Positions 44,202 through 52,596 of a stretch of DNA of 64,000 nucleotides are shown here, one piece after another (position 1 is the stretch's first letter; each line of letters starts with the position of its first letter). The notes below the pieces were generated by a model. That model was not told where the DNA came from, did no database searches, and worked only from the letters and a program-made list of their open reading frames with translations. This DNA is from an uncultured delta proteobacterium (lineage in GTDB: Bacteria; Desulfobacterota; Binatia; Binatales; Binataceae), in assembly GCA_963724765.1 (NCBI GenBank), contig CAVRVY010000003.1:1568001-1632000 (forward strand). The letters run 5' to 3'. The position numbers were made by a program, and so were the translations under genes.

Positions 44202-45258
44202 CCTTTGCTAGGTCGCTGACGAAATCGCCGCGCATCGGGATAGGAATGGTCTCGCCAGCGTGGGTAAGCTGTTCGCTTTCTACCATTGCCGAATCGGCTG
44301 TCGCGGCGGAAATGTCCTTCGGCTCTGCGGAACGTCGGCGACGATCCTCAGTCACATCTAGTCTCATCAGCAACTCCTTAATATTTTCTGCGGGAGTGAG
44401 TATAGCCATCCCAGCATTTTGTTCCGTTATTAGATCTTTGCTTTGCGGGCGGGCTTTACGCTTCACAGAGATCGGAATATCGAAATGGCCCGATACTAAC
44501 CCTAGCAATGCCATTATGAATCCTCTTGCTACCATGCGAGAGTGTCCGCCCGGACCGGGGGCGCTGATATTGTAAGTAAAATGCCAAAATACTGGCGAGC
44601 CGCTGTGGCCGCCCCACGAATGACTTTCCGCCAAATAAGCACGAATTGGGACATTTCCTCGTGCCTTCGTACGCAACATGACAAGTTCATCCCCCGGCAT
44701 CCGCGAGATATTCCCGAAGCGAGCGATTGGGAGATTGCGATTGCTACCCGCAGATTGAACGAATAACCCAGGAAAGAATAGATCGTCTCCCGCTTGTACG
44801 GGTATACCGTCGGGAAAGTTTGCTTTGAACACTGGCTCCAAGCGTGGGTTGCCACGTCCCGTAAGGCTCTGGACATTGAGTCGATAGCTACTGTCAATAA
44901 ACTGATCAAGTGGAAGACCTTGAACTGAATGTCTCTCGGGATCGCTCGACAGCAAGATCGCTGCTACATCGGCGCGATCGTGCTTAAACCAATCATCTTT
45001 TCTGGTAGGAATGTCTTCAAACCCGACATTTGACTGAATCTGCGGGAGAGTATTCACCCTAATGTAGATGTCCTGTCCTAAAATTTCTTCGATGGAATGC
45101 AGGGCCGTGACGACATAGGTCCATCGCGCAGTCGGGTCTGTTTCGTCTGGGACCTCTACAAAGAAAGCGGTCCCGCCAGCTATAGCTCCCCCTCGGCTCC
45201 CGCGAGTCTTGGCACACAGAAATGCGACGCAGTCTAAAAAATGCGGATCGATTCTCAA
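44173..45258 (-). CDS. Trypsin-like serine protease (IS passenger gene)
   Basis: GTAFFV, VTALH (His), ADVA (Asp), GGHSGSPVF (Ser), LLGLVSG; TTG start at 45258 after GAGAGG RBS inside the IS; no signal peptide seen. Confidence 0.8.
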   Translation of the reverse strand: MRIDPHFLDCVAFLCAKTRGSRGGAIAGGTAFFVEVPDETDPTARWTYVVTALHSIEEILGQDIYIRVNTLPQIQSNVGFEDIPTRKDDWFKHDRADVAAILLSSDPERHSVQGLPLDQFIDSSYRLNVQSLTGRGNPRLEPVFKANFPDGIPVQAGDDLFFPGLFVQSAGSNRNLPIARFGNISRMPGDELVMLRTKARGNVPIRAYLAESHSWGGHSGSPVFWHFTYNISAPGPGGHSRMVARGFIMALLGLVSGHFDIPISVKRKARPQSKDLITEQNAGMAILTPAENIKELLMRLDVTEDRRRRSAEPKDISAATADSAMVESEQLTHAGETIPIPMRGDFVSDLAKATRRRKPSS

Positions 45259-45653
45259 GTTCCACCTCTCGCCAAGCGCCCGTCTGGGCAGCTTGTAAGG
45301 CGGAAGGATATCACGCGCGGTACTGCCGTCAAGGGGATACTTACCCTTTGCGATGCGGTCGAATTCGCGCGCGAAAACCAACTCCTGGTCGCCGTCCGGT
45401 GCGGGGGACACAGCCCGATTGGCCATTCAGTGTGCGACGGCGGAATTGTCATCGACCTGTCCGGCCTGAAGAATCTTGAAATAGTCAATGCGCCTGACGA
45501 ACTCGCCGTGAGTTTCGGCATCAGGTCGGCGGACAGGCACCCCGCGGGATTTGGGTTTTTGGCTCCAGTCCGAGTGGAACACGCCTGCCGAGATTCGCGC
45601 GCAGTCCGCGTGGGTCGACGAAACGATGGAGGCGATGAAATCGGAGAAGCTAA

Positions 45654-46766
45654 GTGAGCATTAGTTGGTTATATCTGTTTGTGGGCATTCTCCTGGTAGT
45701 GCTCATTTTTTGGGACGCCTTCGAAGTGATGCTTCTGCCTTTGCCGATCAGACGAAATCTGCGGCTGGTAATGCTATTTGTTCGATTAACCTGGCGAACA
45801 TGGACTGCCATCGGGCAACGGCTTGGACCGGGCGAGCGTCGTGAGAGATTGCTCGGCATCTATGGGCCTCTATCACTGGTACTGCTTATTTGCTTGTGGG
45901 TAGGCGGACTTATCCTGGGCTTCGGCCTTATACATCTGGCATTGCAACCCTATTCGTTTCTGCAAGCCTTATATTTCAGCGGTATCACATTCTTCACCGT
46001 AGGCTATGGGGACCTTGTACCCCGCTCGATGCCGATGAAAGCTGTTGCCGTCATTGAAGCTGGCTGTGGACTTGGGTTCCTGGCGTTGGTGATTGGCTAT
46101 CTACCTGTTCTATATCAGCTGTTCGCGAGGCGCGAAGCGCACGTCATGTTGCTCGATGAACGCGCTGGATCGCCTCCCACGGCAACCACCCTGTTAAAGC
46201 GGCATGCGGATGGCCACAGCATGGATTCGCTGGACCAGCTATTGCGAGAATGGGAGGTGTGGGCTTCAGAATTGCTCGAGAGCCACATGTCATATCCAAT
46301 GTTGGGCTTTTACCGCTCGCAGTATTCGAATCAATCATGGCTCGCCGCGATGGCGTCGATAACGGACGCCTGTTCATTAATAATGGTGGGAATCGACGGG
46401 GTCCGGACTTTTCAAGCGCGGATGACTTTTTCTGTGGCGCGTCTGGCGATTATCGAACTGTCCCGGGTTTTGCGAGTTGAAGAAAAGGCTACCGCTAAAT
46501 CGCGCCTGACCTCAACCGAGTTTGCCCGGATGAAGAAGGCGTTGAAGGAATCTGCACTTGAGATAGTTGAGCCGGATGCCGAGGCGCAATTAGCTAAGTT
46601 CCGGGTGACTTACGAGCCTTTTCTCGTCGGCCTGGCTGAGTATCTGATCGTCGCACTTCCCAAGTGGATCAGTAAGTCGGAGCAAATCGACAACTGGGAG
46701 GAAGATGAGCGAGGCGCATCAGCTAAGAGATTAGTGGAGGCCGTTGCGCCAGAGCCCGGCTCATGA
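45654..46766 (+). CDS. Potassium channel family (Ion_trans_2) membrane protein
   Basis: Selectivity filter TFFTVGYGD flanked by TM helices; ESHMSYPMLGFYRSQ. Confidence 0.85.
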   Translation: MSISWLYLFVGILLVVLIFWDAFEVMLLPLPIRRNLRLVMLFVRLTWRTWTAIGQRLGPGERRERLLGIYGPLSLVLLICLWVGGLILGFGLIHLALQPYSFLQALYFSGITFFTVGYGDLVPRSMPMKAVAVIEAGCGLGFLALVIGYLPVLYQLFARREAHVMLLDERAGSPPTATTLLKRHADGHSMDSLDQLLREWEVWASELLESHMSYPMLGFYRSQYSNQSWLAAMASITDACSLIMVGIDGVRTFQARMTFSVARLAIIELSRVLRVEEKATAKSRLTSTEFARMKKALKESALEIVEPDAEAQLAKFRVTYEPFLVGLAEYLIVALPKWISKSEQIDNWEEDERGASAKRLVEAVAPEPGS

Positions 46767-47173
46767 GTCGGAACCGTCTTTGAAGAGCTGACACTCCCTG
46801 ATGAGTGCGCACTAAAGAGCACGGCGGATCATCCATGCAAGGCCCGAAATCGCGAGCCACGTCGCGGTCGCGGCACCAAGAACAACGGCGGGGTTGTAGT
46901 CGGCCAGTAGTTGCCAGACGACTATAGCAAATCCGATTAGGCCGATGCTGCCTAGAGCCGCGCCCGCCGCATCAAGTGCGGCGGCTTCCCGTCCGCGGAT
47001 AGTTCCATGCTCGCCCGCGAGTCTCTTCTTTTCGCGTTCATGTTTTTCGACGAGCGTGACGGCGGCCGGAAATACGACTGGAAAGGCAAGAAACAAGCCG
47101 CCTGTCGCGGGGCCGTATTCGTGCGCGACAATGCCCGTTGCCGCCGTAATCAAACCGCCGAAAAGGAACCTTA

Positions 47174-48478
47174 GCAGGCCGTTGAGGAAGGGGTTTGATT
47201 AGTCAGTGTGATCGCCGTGGTAGTGATAGAAGCGCTGGATTCAGTGGTCGGGTTCGACGGTTTTCGCTGGCCGAGGCGAGCGCGGCGGTATGGTGGAGTC
47301 GTGCTTCATGCGGGGGCCGGGCCGAGTCTGGCGATTCGGAGCAGGTTGTAGGCGGCGGCCACCAGGTAGGCGTGGAGTTGGGTGCGGTCGAGGTCGCAAT
47401 AGCGCGTTTTGCGCAGGCCGCCCACGGTCTTCATCCAGCCGAAGATCTCTTCGACCCGCTTGCGTACCCTTTGGCTCACCGCGTAGCCGGCATGACGGGC
47501 AGTGCGGCGGTCGAGTGCGGAGCCGCCGGCGCGACTCTCATTGCGCGCGAGGTGCGGGGTGACCTTGAGTGCGCGGCACGCGGCGACGAACTCGGCAGTG
47601 TCGTAGCCCTTGTCGGCACCCAGTGTAATCCGCCGGCTGCCCGGCAACGCGGTCTCCAGCATCGCACGGGCACTTTTGCGCTCGGCGTAGCCGTCGGCTG
47701 GTTCGACCGCGAACTCGATCAGAAGACCGTTGCGGTTCTCCATCAGCGCGTTGGCCGAGTAACACAACTTCGCTTCCTTGCCCGCGCCCTTCTTCGCCAG
47801 CTTCGCCTCGGGGTCGGTGGTCGACTGATGAGTCGCGTTGCGGCGGCGCTCGCCGTGGAAGTTAATCGTCGGGTTGCCGGGGTCGTCGGGCGGCTGGCTC
47901 GGTTCCCGCTCCTTGCGCTTGAAGCTCTTGAGCGACGCCCAGGCCTCGACCAGCGTGCCATCCACGGTGAAGTGCTCGTCCGAAAGCAACTGCATGGTCC
48001 GGGCCTGCGCGACCACGCGGGTAAAAAATTCGCGCGCCACGTCGTGCTCCAAAAGCCGCGCCCGGTTGCGCGAGAAGGTCGAATGGTCGAAGCTCGGCTC
48101 GGCCGCATCCATATCGAGGAACCAGCGGAACAACAGGTTGTAGTCGAGCTGCTCGCACAACATCCGTTCGCTGCGCACCGTATAGAGCGCCATCAGCAAC
48201 GAGCCCTTCAGCAGTCGCTCGGGCGGGATCGACGGCCGTCCGATCGCGCTGTACATCTCATCGAACAGCGGCGAAAGCTGCGCCAGCGCCGCATCGGCGA
48301 GTTCCTTGACCCGCCGCAGCGGATGCTCCTTCGGCACCCGATCGCCAGGCTCCATGATCATCAATATCGCCCGCTGCCGCCGCTCTTCTCCCCGCATCTG
48401 CCGCTTCCTCCACCAATCCGATTGCTCACTCTGACGAATTATATCGAAGTGAAATTCAGGCGTTTATCAACGGCCTGC
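47174..48478. mobile_element. IS5-family insertion sequence (1305 bp)
   Basis: Perfect terminal IRs GCAGGCCGTTGA / TCAACGGCCTGC; TA duplicated at 47172-47173 and 48479-48480 (TAG is an equivalent reading). Confidence 0.9.
47306..48397 (-). CDS. IS5 family transposase
   Basis: GRPSIPPERLL, RSERMLCEQLDYNLLFRWF, FTVDGTL, GADKGYD, RKRVEEIFGWMK. Confidence 0.93.
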   Translation of the reverse strand: MRGEERRQRAILMIMEPGDRVPKEHPLRRVKELADAALAQLSPLFDEMYSAIGRPSIPPERLLKGSLLMALYTVRSERMLCEQLDYNLLFRWFLDMDAAEPSFDHSTFSRNRARLLEHDVAREFFTRVVAQARTMQLLSDEHFTVDGTLVEAWASLKSFKRKEREPSQPPDDPGNPTINFHGERRRNATHQSTTDPEAKLAKKGAGKEAKLCYSANALMENRNGLLIEFAVEPADGYAERKSARAMLETALPGSRRITLGADKGYDTAEFVAACRALKVTPHLARNESRAGGSALDRRTARHAGYAVSQRVRKRVEEIFGWMKTVGGLRKTRYCDLDRTQLHAYLVAAAYNLLRIARLGPAPA

Positions 48479-48538
48479 TAGGGAATATTCGCGCCAAGTT
48501 GCTCTCCGGAGCCCGGACGGATCTATATTGATTCGCAT

Positions 48539-48880
48539 TTATCCCAACAAAAGAACCTTTAAGCCGATGGCCGTGGCCAGCCATATAATGATGAGTGATC
48601 CCGCGACGGCCAAGGCCGAACACTTGTAGTGCATCATCACAAGACAAACGCAGTAGGCATAAACGCAGAAGGCAATCGCGCCTCCAATCATCGAACGCGC
48701 CTCTGTTGCGGCATACATAGCGCCGTCTCGACGCAAGGTAAGAAGCAGAGTCGCAAGCGCTACCGAGGGAGCAGCACCGAAGAGACCTGCGAAGCTCTTA
48801 GGTTTTAGAAGGTCACCAAGAATAGCAAAGACGGAGACGATAGCACCGCCAACGATGAAACGAATAAGCGCTTCACTCAT
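48539..48880 (-). CDS. DUF3147-family membrane protein
   Basis: RFIVGGAIVSVFA...KPKSFAGLFGAAPSVALATL; 4 TM. Confidence 0.8.
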   Translation of the reverse strand: MSEALIRFIVGGAIVSVFAILGDLLKPKSFAGLFGAAPSVALATLLLTLRRDGAMYAATEARSMIGGAIAFCVYAYCVCLVMMHYKCSALAVAGSLIIIWLATAIGLKVLLLG

Positions 48881-48903
48881 AATTCGAGCCCATATTTGAC
48901 CTC

Positions 48904-48919
48904 AGCAAGACGTGGGCCA
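48904..48919 (-). promoter_or_regulatory. Putative sigma-54 promoter
   Basis: Minus strand TGGCCC-ACGTC-TTGCT, 23 nt before ATG 48880. Confidence 0.72.
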
Positions 48920-49569
48920 TAGTCTTGTGTCGTCGGATTTTTAATTCGACCTCAGGGCCTTATCCTGCTCGTACAGGCCGTGCAGTGAGGATGGCAAGCC
49001 CATCGGCCTCGCTTGGCAGGCGTATCGGCCTCGATTTTGAAAACAAGTGCGGACGTGTCTGAGCGATTTTCTTGATTGCAATGCCATACGATCGCTGTAG
49101 CGTCACGTAACTCGCGAAGGCGTCGCAAAAACATTTAAATTGTCGCAGGCATACGTTTTGCTGCAACGAAAGTCTGCCGTCTGATCTGATAGGAAAGTGA
49201 ATCTGTGTTGGGACATAAAAGCCCGAAGCGAATCCAATCATCCCGGCTTTGGGCGTTGGCTGATCCGCTGGTCCACGCGAGAACCGTTGGGTTGAAACTT
49301 CTAGCGCGACTACGCCCACGAATCTGTCCTGGCGATGATCTGTCCTGGCGACGATAGATCCAATCAGGCTCGGTCTGAGGCATCGGCGAAGACATCTGCG
49401 TAGCTGACCGATGAGCATTGAGTGCTAACGATGACGCTAAAACCGATGTCGCTGAATTTGTGACGACCGTTCTCCTGGCTTAACAGGCGGCGAATAATTT
49501 CTGCGCTCTGAAAAAGGGGCTGATGCACGTCTTTGCCATCTCCCTACATCTAAGCGCGGGGAGACGACA

Positions 49570-50688
49570 TTGAATAATCATGACAATTTGTCACTTCTAA
49601 AGCACGAACGTTTACGTATCGCTCAGCTAGCTCCACTGTATGAGCCGGTGCCACCGAGGTTATATGGCGGCACTGAACGCATGGTTTCATACATAACCGA
49701 AGAACTGGTTCGCCGCGGCCACGAAGTGACTATGTTTGCGTCGGGCGACTCTCGTACGGGAGCTCGGTTGATCCCGTGCTGTAATCAAGCCTTGCGCCTG
49801 TCCGGCAAGCCGCAACTTGGCGCATCGCTTCAGTTGGCAATGCTGGCGAAGGCTTTTGACAAAGAGCGCGAGCCCTTTGACATTATCCATTCACATATTG
49901 ACTACTGGACTTTCCCATTCTCTAGTATTACCGGCGCGCCGACAGTATCCACGATGCATGGGCGTATGGATATAGATGACCTGCACCCCATCTATCAGCG
50001 ATTTCCCCGGGCAGCGTTGGTGTCCATCAGCAACTCGCAACGTCTTCCATTGCCGAATCTGAACTGGGTAGAGACTGTTTACCATGGGATACCGCGCGAC
50101 CTGTTGAAATTCAACGCTAGACCTGGACAATACCTCGCATTCATCGGGCGCATCTCGCCGGAAAAACGGCCGGACCTGGCGATCGAAATCGCTCGTCGGT
50201 CCGGTGTACCACTGAAGATTGCGGCCAAGGTGGATGTCGTCGATCGTCAGTACTTCGAAGCCGTGATCAAACCGCTCATCCAGCCGCCGCATGTCGAATA
50301 TATCGGCGAAATCAACGATGCTGAAAAGAGCGAATTTCTCGGTGGCGCGCGTGCACTGTTATTTCCGATAGACTGGCCGGAGCCGTTCGGCCTCGCGATG
50401 GTCGAGGCGCTCGCGTGTGGGACGCCGGTAATCGCGCGGCCGTGCGGGTCGGTTCCGGAAGTGATGAAACCGGGAGTCAGCGGCTTCGTCGCCGCAGATA
50501 TCGCGGATATGGCCGCCGCGGTACACAAGATCGATGCGATTCCGCGGGAGCAATGTCGTCGCTATTTCGAAGAGCGATTTACTGTTGAGAAGATGGTAGA
50601 CAAGTACGAACGGGTGTATGGACGGCTTATCGGCTCAAAGGAAATCAGGCCGCAGACATTTGTCGACCAGCCGGCCGCCGCTCGCTAG
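49570..50688 (+). CDS. Glycosyltransferase family 4
   Basis: VPPRLYGGTER, GRISPEK, WPEPFGLAMVEALACGTPV. Confidence 0.92.
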   Translation: MNNHDNLSLLKHERLRIAQLAPLYEPVPPRLYGGTERMVSYITEELVRRGHEVTMFASGDSRTGARLIPCCNQALRLSGKPQLGASLQLAMLAKAFDKEREPFDIIHSHIDYWTFPFSSITGAPTVSTMHGRMDIDDLHPIYQRFPRAALVSISNSQRLPLPNLNWVETVYHGIPRDLLKFNARPGQYLAFIGRISPEKRPDLAIEIARRSGVPLKIAAKVDVVDRQYFEAVIKPLIQPPHVEYIGEINDAEKSEFLGGARALLFPIDWPEPFGLAMVEALACGTPVIARPCGSVPEVMKPGVSGFVAADIADMAAAVHKIDAIPREQCRRYFEERFTVEKMVDKYERVYGRLIGSKEIRPQTFVDQPAAAR

Positions 50689-50866
50689 CAAAAGTGGCCG
50701 GGGCTGACGTCGCGGCGTTAAGCGATTGGGAAGGTGCTGATTAGTTGGGCTGACAAGCGACGGTCGTGCCGATTGTGGGTTCGAGCACTTACGAGTAACT
50801 AGATTGATCTCCTTTCTACTGACTGCCCTTGGCTGCGGGAGGTCGCATCGGTTGTACGATTCGCGC

Positions 50867-51241
50867 TTAGGCGCTCCGCCTTCGCGAGGCTTGTTGAGCG
50901 TCTTTCGACTGGCAACCTACGCAGTAAATTGCAGAAGGAATCGCCTTTAGCCTCTCAAACGGAATCTCTTCTCCGCAGTCAAGACAAATCCCATATTGGC
51001 CGTCATCCAGTCTGGTCAGAGCGTTATTTATCTGAGCGAGCTGCTGCTCGGCGCGTTCAATGATGCTCGCATGGGTGTCTGCGTCAACCAGAGACTTGGC
51101 GACGTCCATGACGTCTCCGGGCGACGATACTATTTCCAGATTCTGCTTGCGGCGGAGTGTTTTCACCCGTTCACAGAGGTCTTCGCGCCCCCGTGCAAGC
51201 GTATGTCTCAGCTTGGCAATACGCTGACGATTATGCTTCAT
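50867..51241 (-). CDS. TraR/DksA C4-type zinc finger protein
   Basis: DVMDVA (DxxDxA) coiled-coil tip; YGICLDCGEEIPFERLKAIPSAIYCVGCQ. Confidence 0.9.
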   Translation of the reverse strand: MKHNRQRIAKLRHTLARGREDLCERVKTLRRKQNLEIVSSPGDVMDVAKSLVDADTHASIIERAEQQLAQINNALTRLDDGQYGICLDCGEEIPFERLKAIPSAIYCVGCQSKDAQQASRRRSA

Positions 51242-51327
51242 AAGCCGGCTCTCTCAATATCGGTGGGGCATGGGCATGCAGGCCAGACGCAAATTCTTTC
51301 CGGAAACTCGGATATCTTGGCGAACGA

Positions 51328-51343
51328 CGCAATGACCGTGCCC
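51328..51343 (-). promoter_or_regulatory. Putative sigma-54 promoter
   Basis: Minus strand GGGCAC-GGTCA-TTGCG upstream of the DksA-like gene. Confidence 0.7.
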
Positions 51344-51707
51344 GATAAACACCCTTGGAATTTACAAGCCTGAGAACACCGAATGGCTTCGTAGTGATGA
51401 AGACTGAGTGGAGACTTCAGATTGCTTTGGAGTTGGGTGCGCCGGTCCAGATACTCGATTCAAGACTAAATTATTGACGCTTTGGCGTGAGAGTAGGAGG
51501 GGCCTCCACTCGGCACATGCGGGTCGCGAATTCATGAGAACGATGTATCCATGCGAAGGTCTGGTATCAAGGAGACCGTGCTTGACTTACACGCCTGCCG
51601 AAACAATTTGCTTGTAAATGTTTGCAAAAATATGAGCTGGACGTAGAATTTCCAAAGCCGGCCATGAAAAGCGCCGTAATTAACTACACTTTAAGGAATC
51701 AGGACGA

Positions 51708-51723
51708 CGGCATGCGGAATGCT
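51708..51723 (+). promoter_or_regulatory. Putative sigma-54 promoter
   Basis: CGGCAT-GCGGA-ATGCT, 54 nt before the SEC-C microprotein ATG. Confidence 0.6.
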
Positions 51724-51777
51724 TGAATCTAACTAAGTCGGATCGGTGAGGAGCGCAACAAAAGGAGGAATGAATCA

Positions 51778-51852
51778 ATGCCCCAGCCAAATGACAAATG
51801 CCCGTGCGGTTCGGGAAAGGCTTACAAGGATTGCTGCGGCAAATCCAAATAA
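51778..51852 (+). CDS. Stand-alone SEC-C motif microprotein (24 aa)
   Basis: AAAGGAGG RBS; MPQPNDKCPCGSGKAYKDCCGKSK*; matches the SEC-C consensus RNDPCPCGSGKKYKKCC; missed by the ORF track. Confidence 0.8.
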   Translation: MPQPNDKCPCGSGKAYKDCCGKSK

Positions 51853-51884
51853 GTCTCGCCCCAGTATCTAAAACATTATTTTGC

Positions 51885-51927
51885 AACTGAGAAGACGGGC
51901 TGAATAAATCGGCCTGTCTTTTCAGTT
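51885..51927 (+). terminator. 19-bp hairpin (3 G-U pairs) after the SEC-C gene
   Basis: AACTGAGAAGACGGGCTGA-ATAAA-TCGGCCTGTCTTTTCAGTT. Confidence 0.7.
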
Positions 51928-52364
51928 CTGGTGTTGTGAAGCTAAGTTCGAGCCGCATACAGGTCGAGGATGGATCGGCCCGGTGGGGACTATGCTGCTG
52001 CAGTCGCGCCAGACGCATGCGTCTCGGTGCCATGAATTTGAGGCGGGATTAGGGATTTGGGGGTTTATCCAACCTAGCTAGACGCTTCGGCCGATGGGCG
52101 TGGGAGGATCGTACATCGATCTGCCGTAAGCGGGCTCCTCTGAATTGAATCGGCTCGTAGCCCGTAACATCGCCGTAATCAGCAGCACGTAGGCCGACGT
52201 CTGTTCGTCTTGCGATCGTTACGTCTTGGCGATTAACCCTTAAATCAAACGCATCGATGAAAAGGAGGTTGAAAGTCCTGGCTTTTGAAACAATTCCTCA
52301 AGCAGCGGGCGTAATCGGCCTAAGTATCGGCAAACATCCCTGCCTCTTCTTATAACCAAGTGTT

Positions 52365-52380
52365 CGGCACGCCTGTTGCT
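52365..52380 (+). promoter_or_regulatory. Putative sigma-54 promoter
   Basis: CGGCAC-GCCTG-TTGCT upstream of the AI-2E gene. Confidence 0.7.
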
Positions 52381-52596
52381 GCCAACCTGAATGGTTTTAC
52401 GAAGAATATTCAAACGCTTGCGCGGGTCAACTCAAACAAAATTGCAGCCCAGGGGTTTCGTGTCTCCGCTGAAAACTGCATACGGTTCATTTTGGTTTTG
52501 CTCGAGTTCTAAGCTTGAGAATGATGCCTGTCGCCAATACTTCTCTGGCCAGGGCGACCAGGCGTTCTCACGACCCGCAGCAGAGGAAAAAAATTA

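Larger units (their letters stand above)
43208..45346. mobile_element. IS1595-family element (about 2.14 kb) carrying a passenger gene
   Basis: IRL GGTAAATATCCCCTTGACGGCAGTACCGC; IRR (reverse complement) (G)GGTAAGTATCCCCTTGACGGCAGTACCGC; 8-bp TSD TTTGCGAT at 43200-43207 and 45347-45354. Confidence 0.92.
43043..45657 (+). pseudogene. FAD-binding (BBE/VAO-like) oxidoreductase interrupted by IS1595 and truncated
   Basis: Removing the IS and one TSD restores ...YESARRVHNG...CATIDEVCDAVEFARENQLLVAVRCGGHS...DGGIVIDLS in frame; the rest of the gene is missing. Confidence 0.82.
46812..48538 (-). pseudogene. DUF3147-family membrane protein interrupted by IS5
   Basis: ATG 48538 MRINIDPSGLRRATWREYS joins in frame to LRFLFGGLITAATG...GGLFLAFP once the IS is removed. 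Confidence 0.82.

Noticed and set aside
45259-45426. N-terminal extension of the protease ORF given in the track
   Set aside because: It crosses the IS right end into the antisense of the target gene; the RBS plus TTG at 45258 is the better start.
47195-48481. 428-aa plus-strand ORF inside the IS5 element
   Set aside because: Antisense shadow of the transposase.
48920-49569. ORFs in the gap between DUF3147 and GT4
   Set aside because: No RBS, motifs or protein-like composition; treated as intergenic or decayed DNA.
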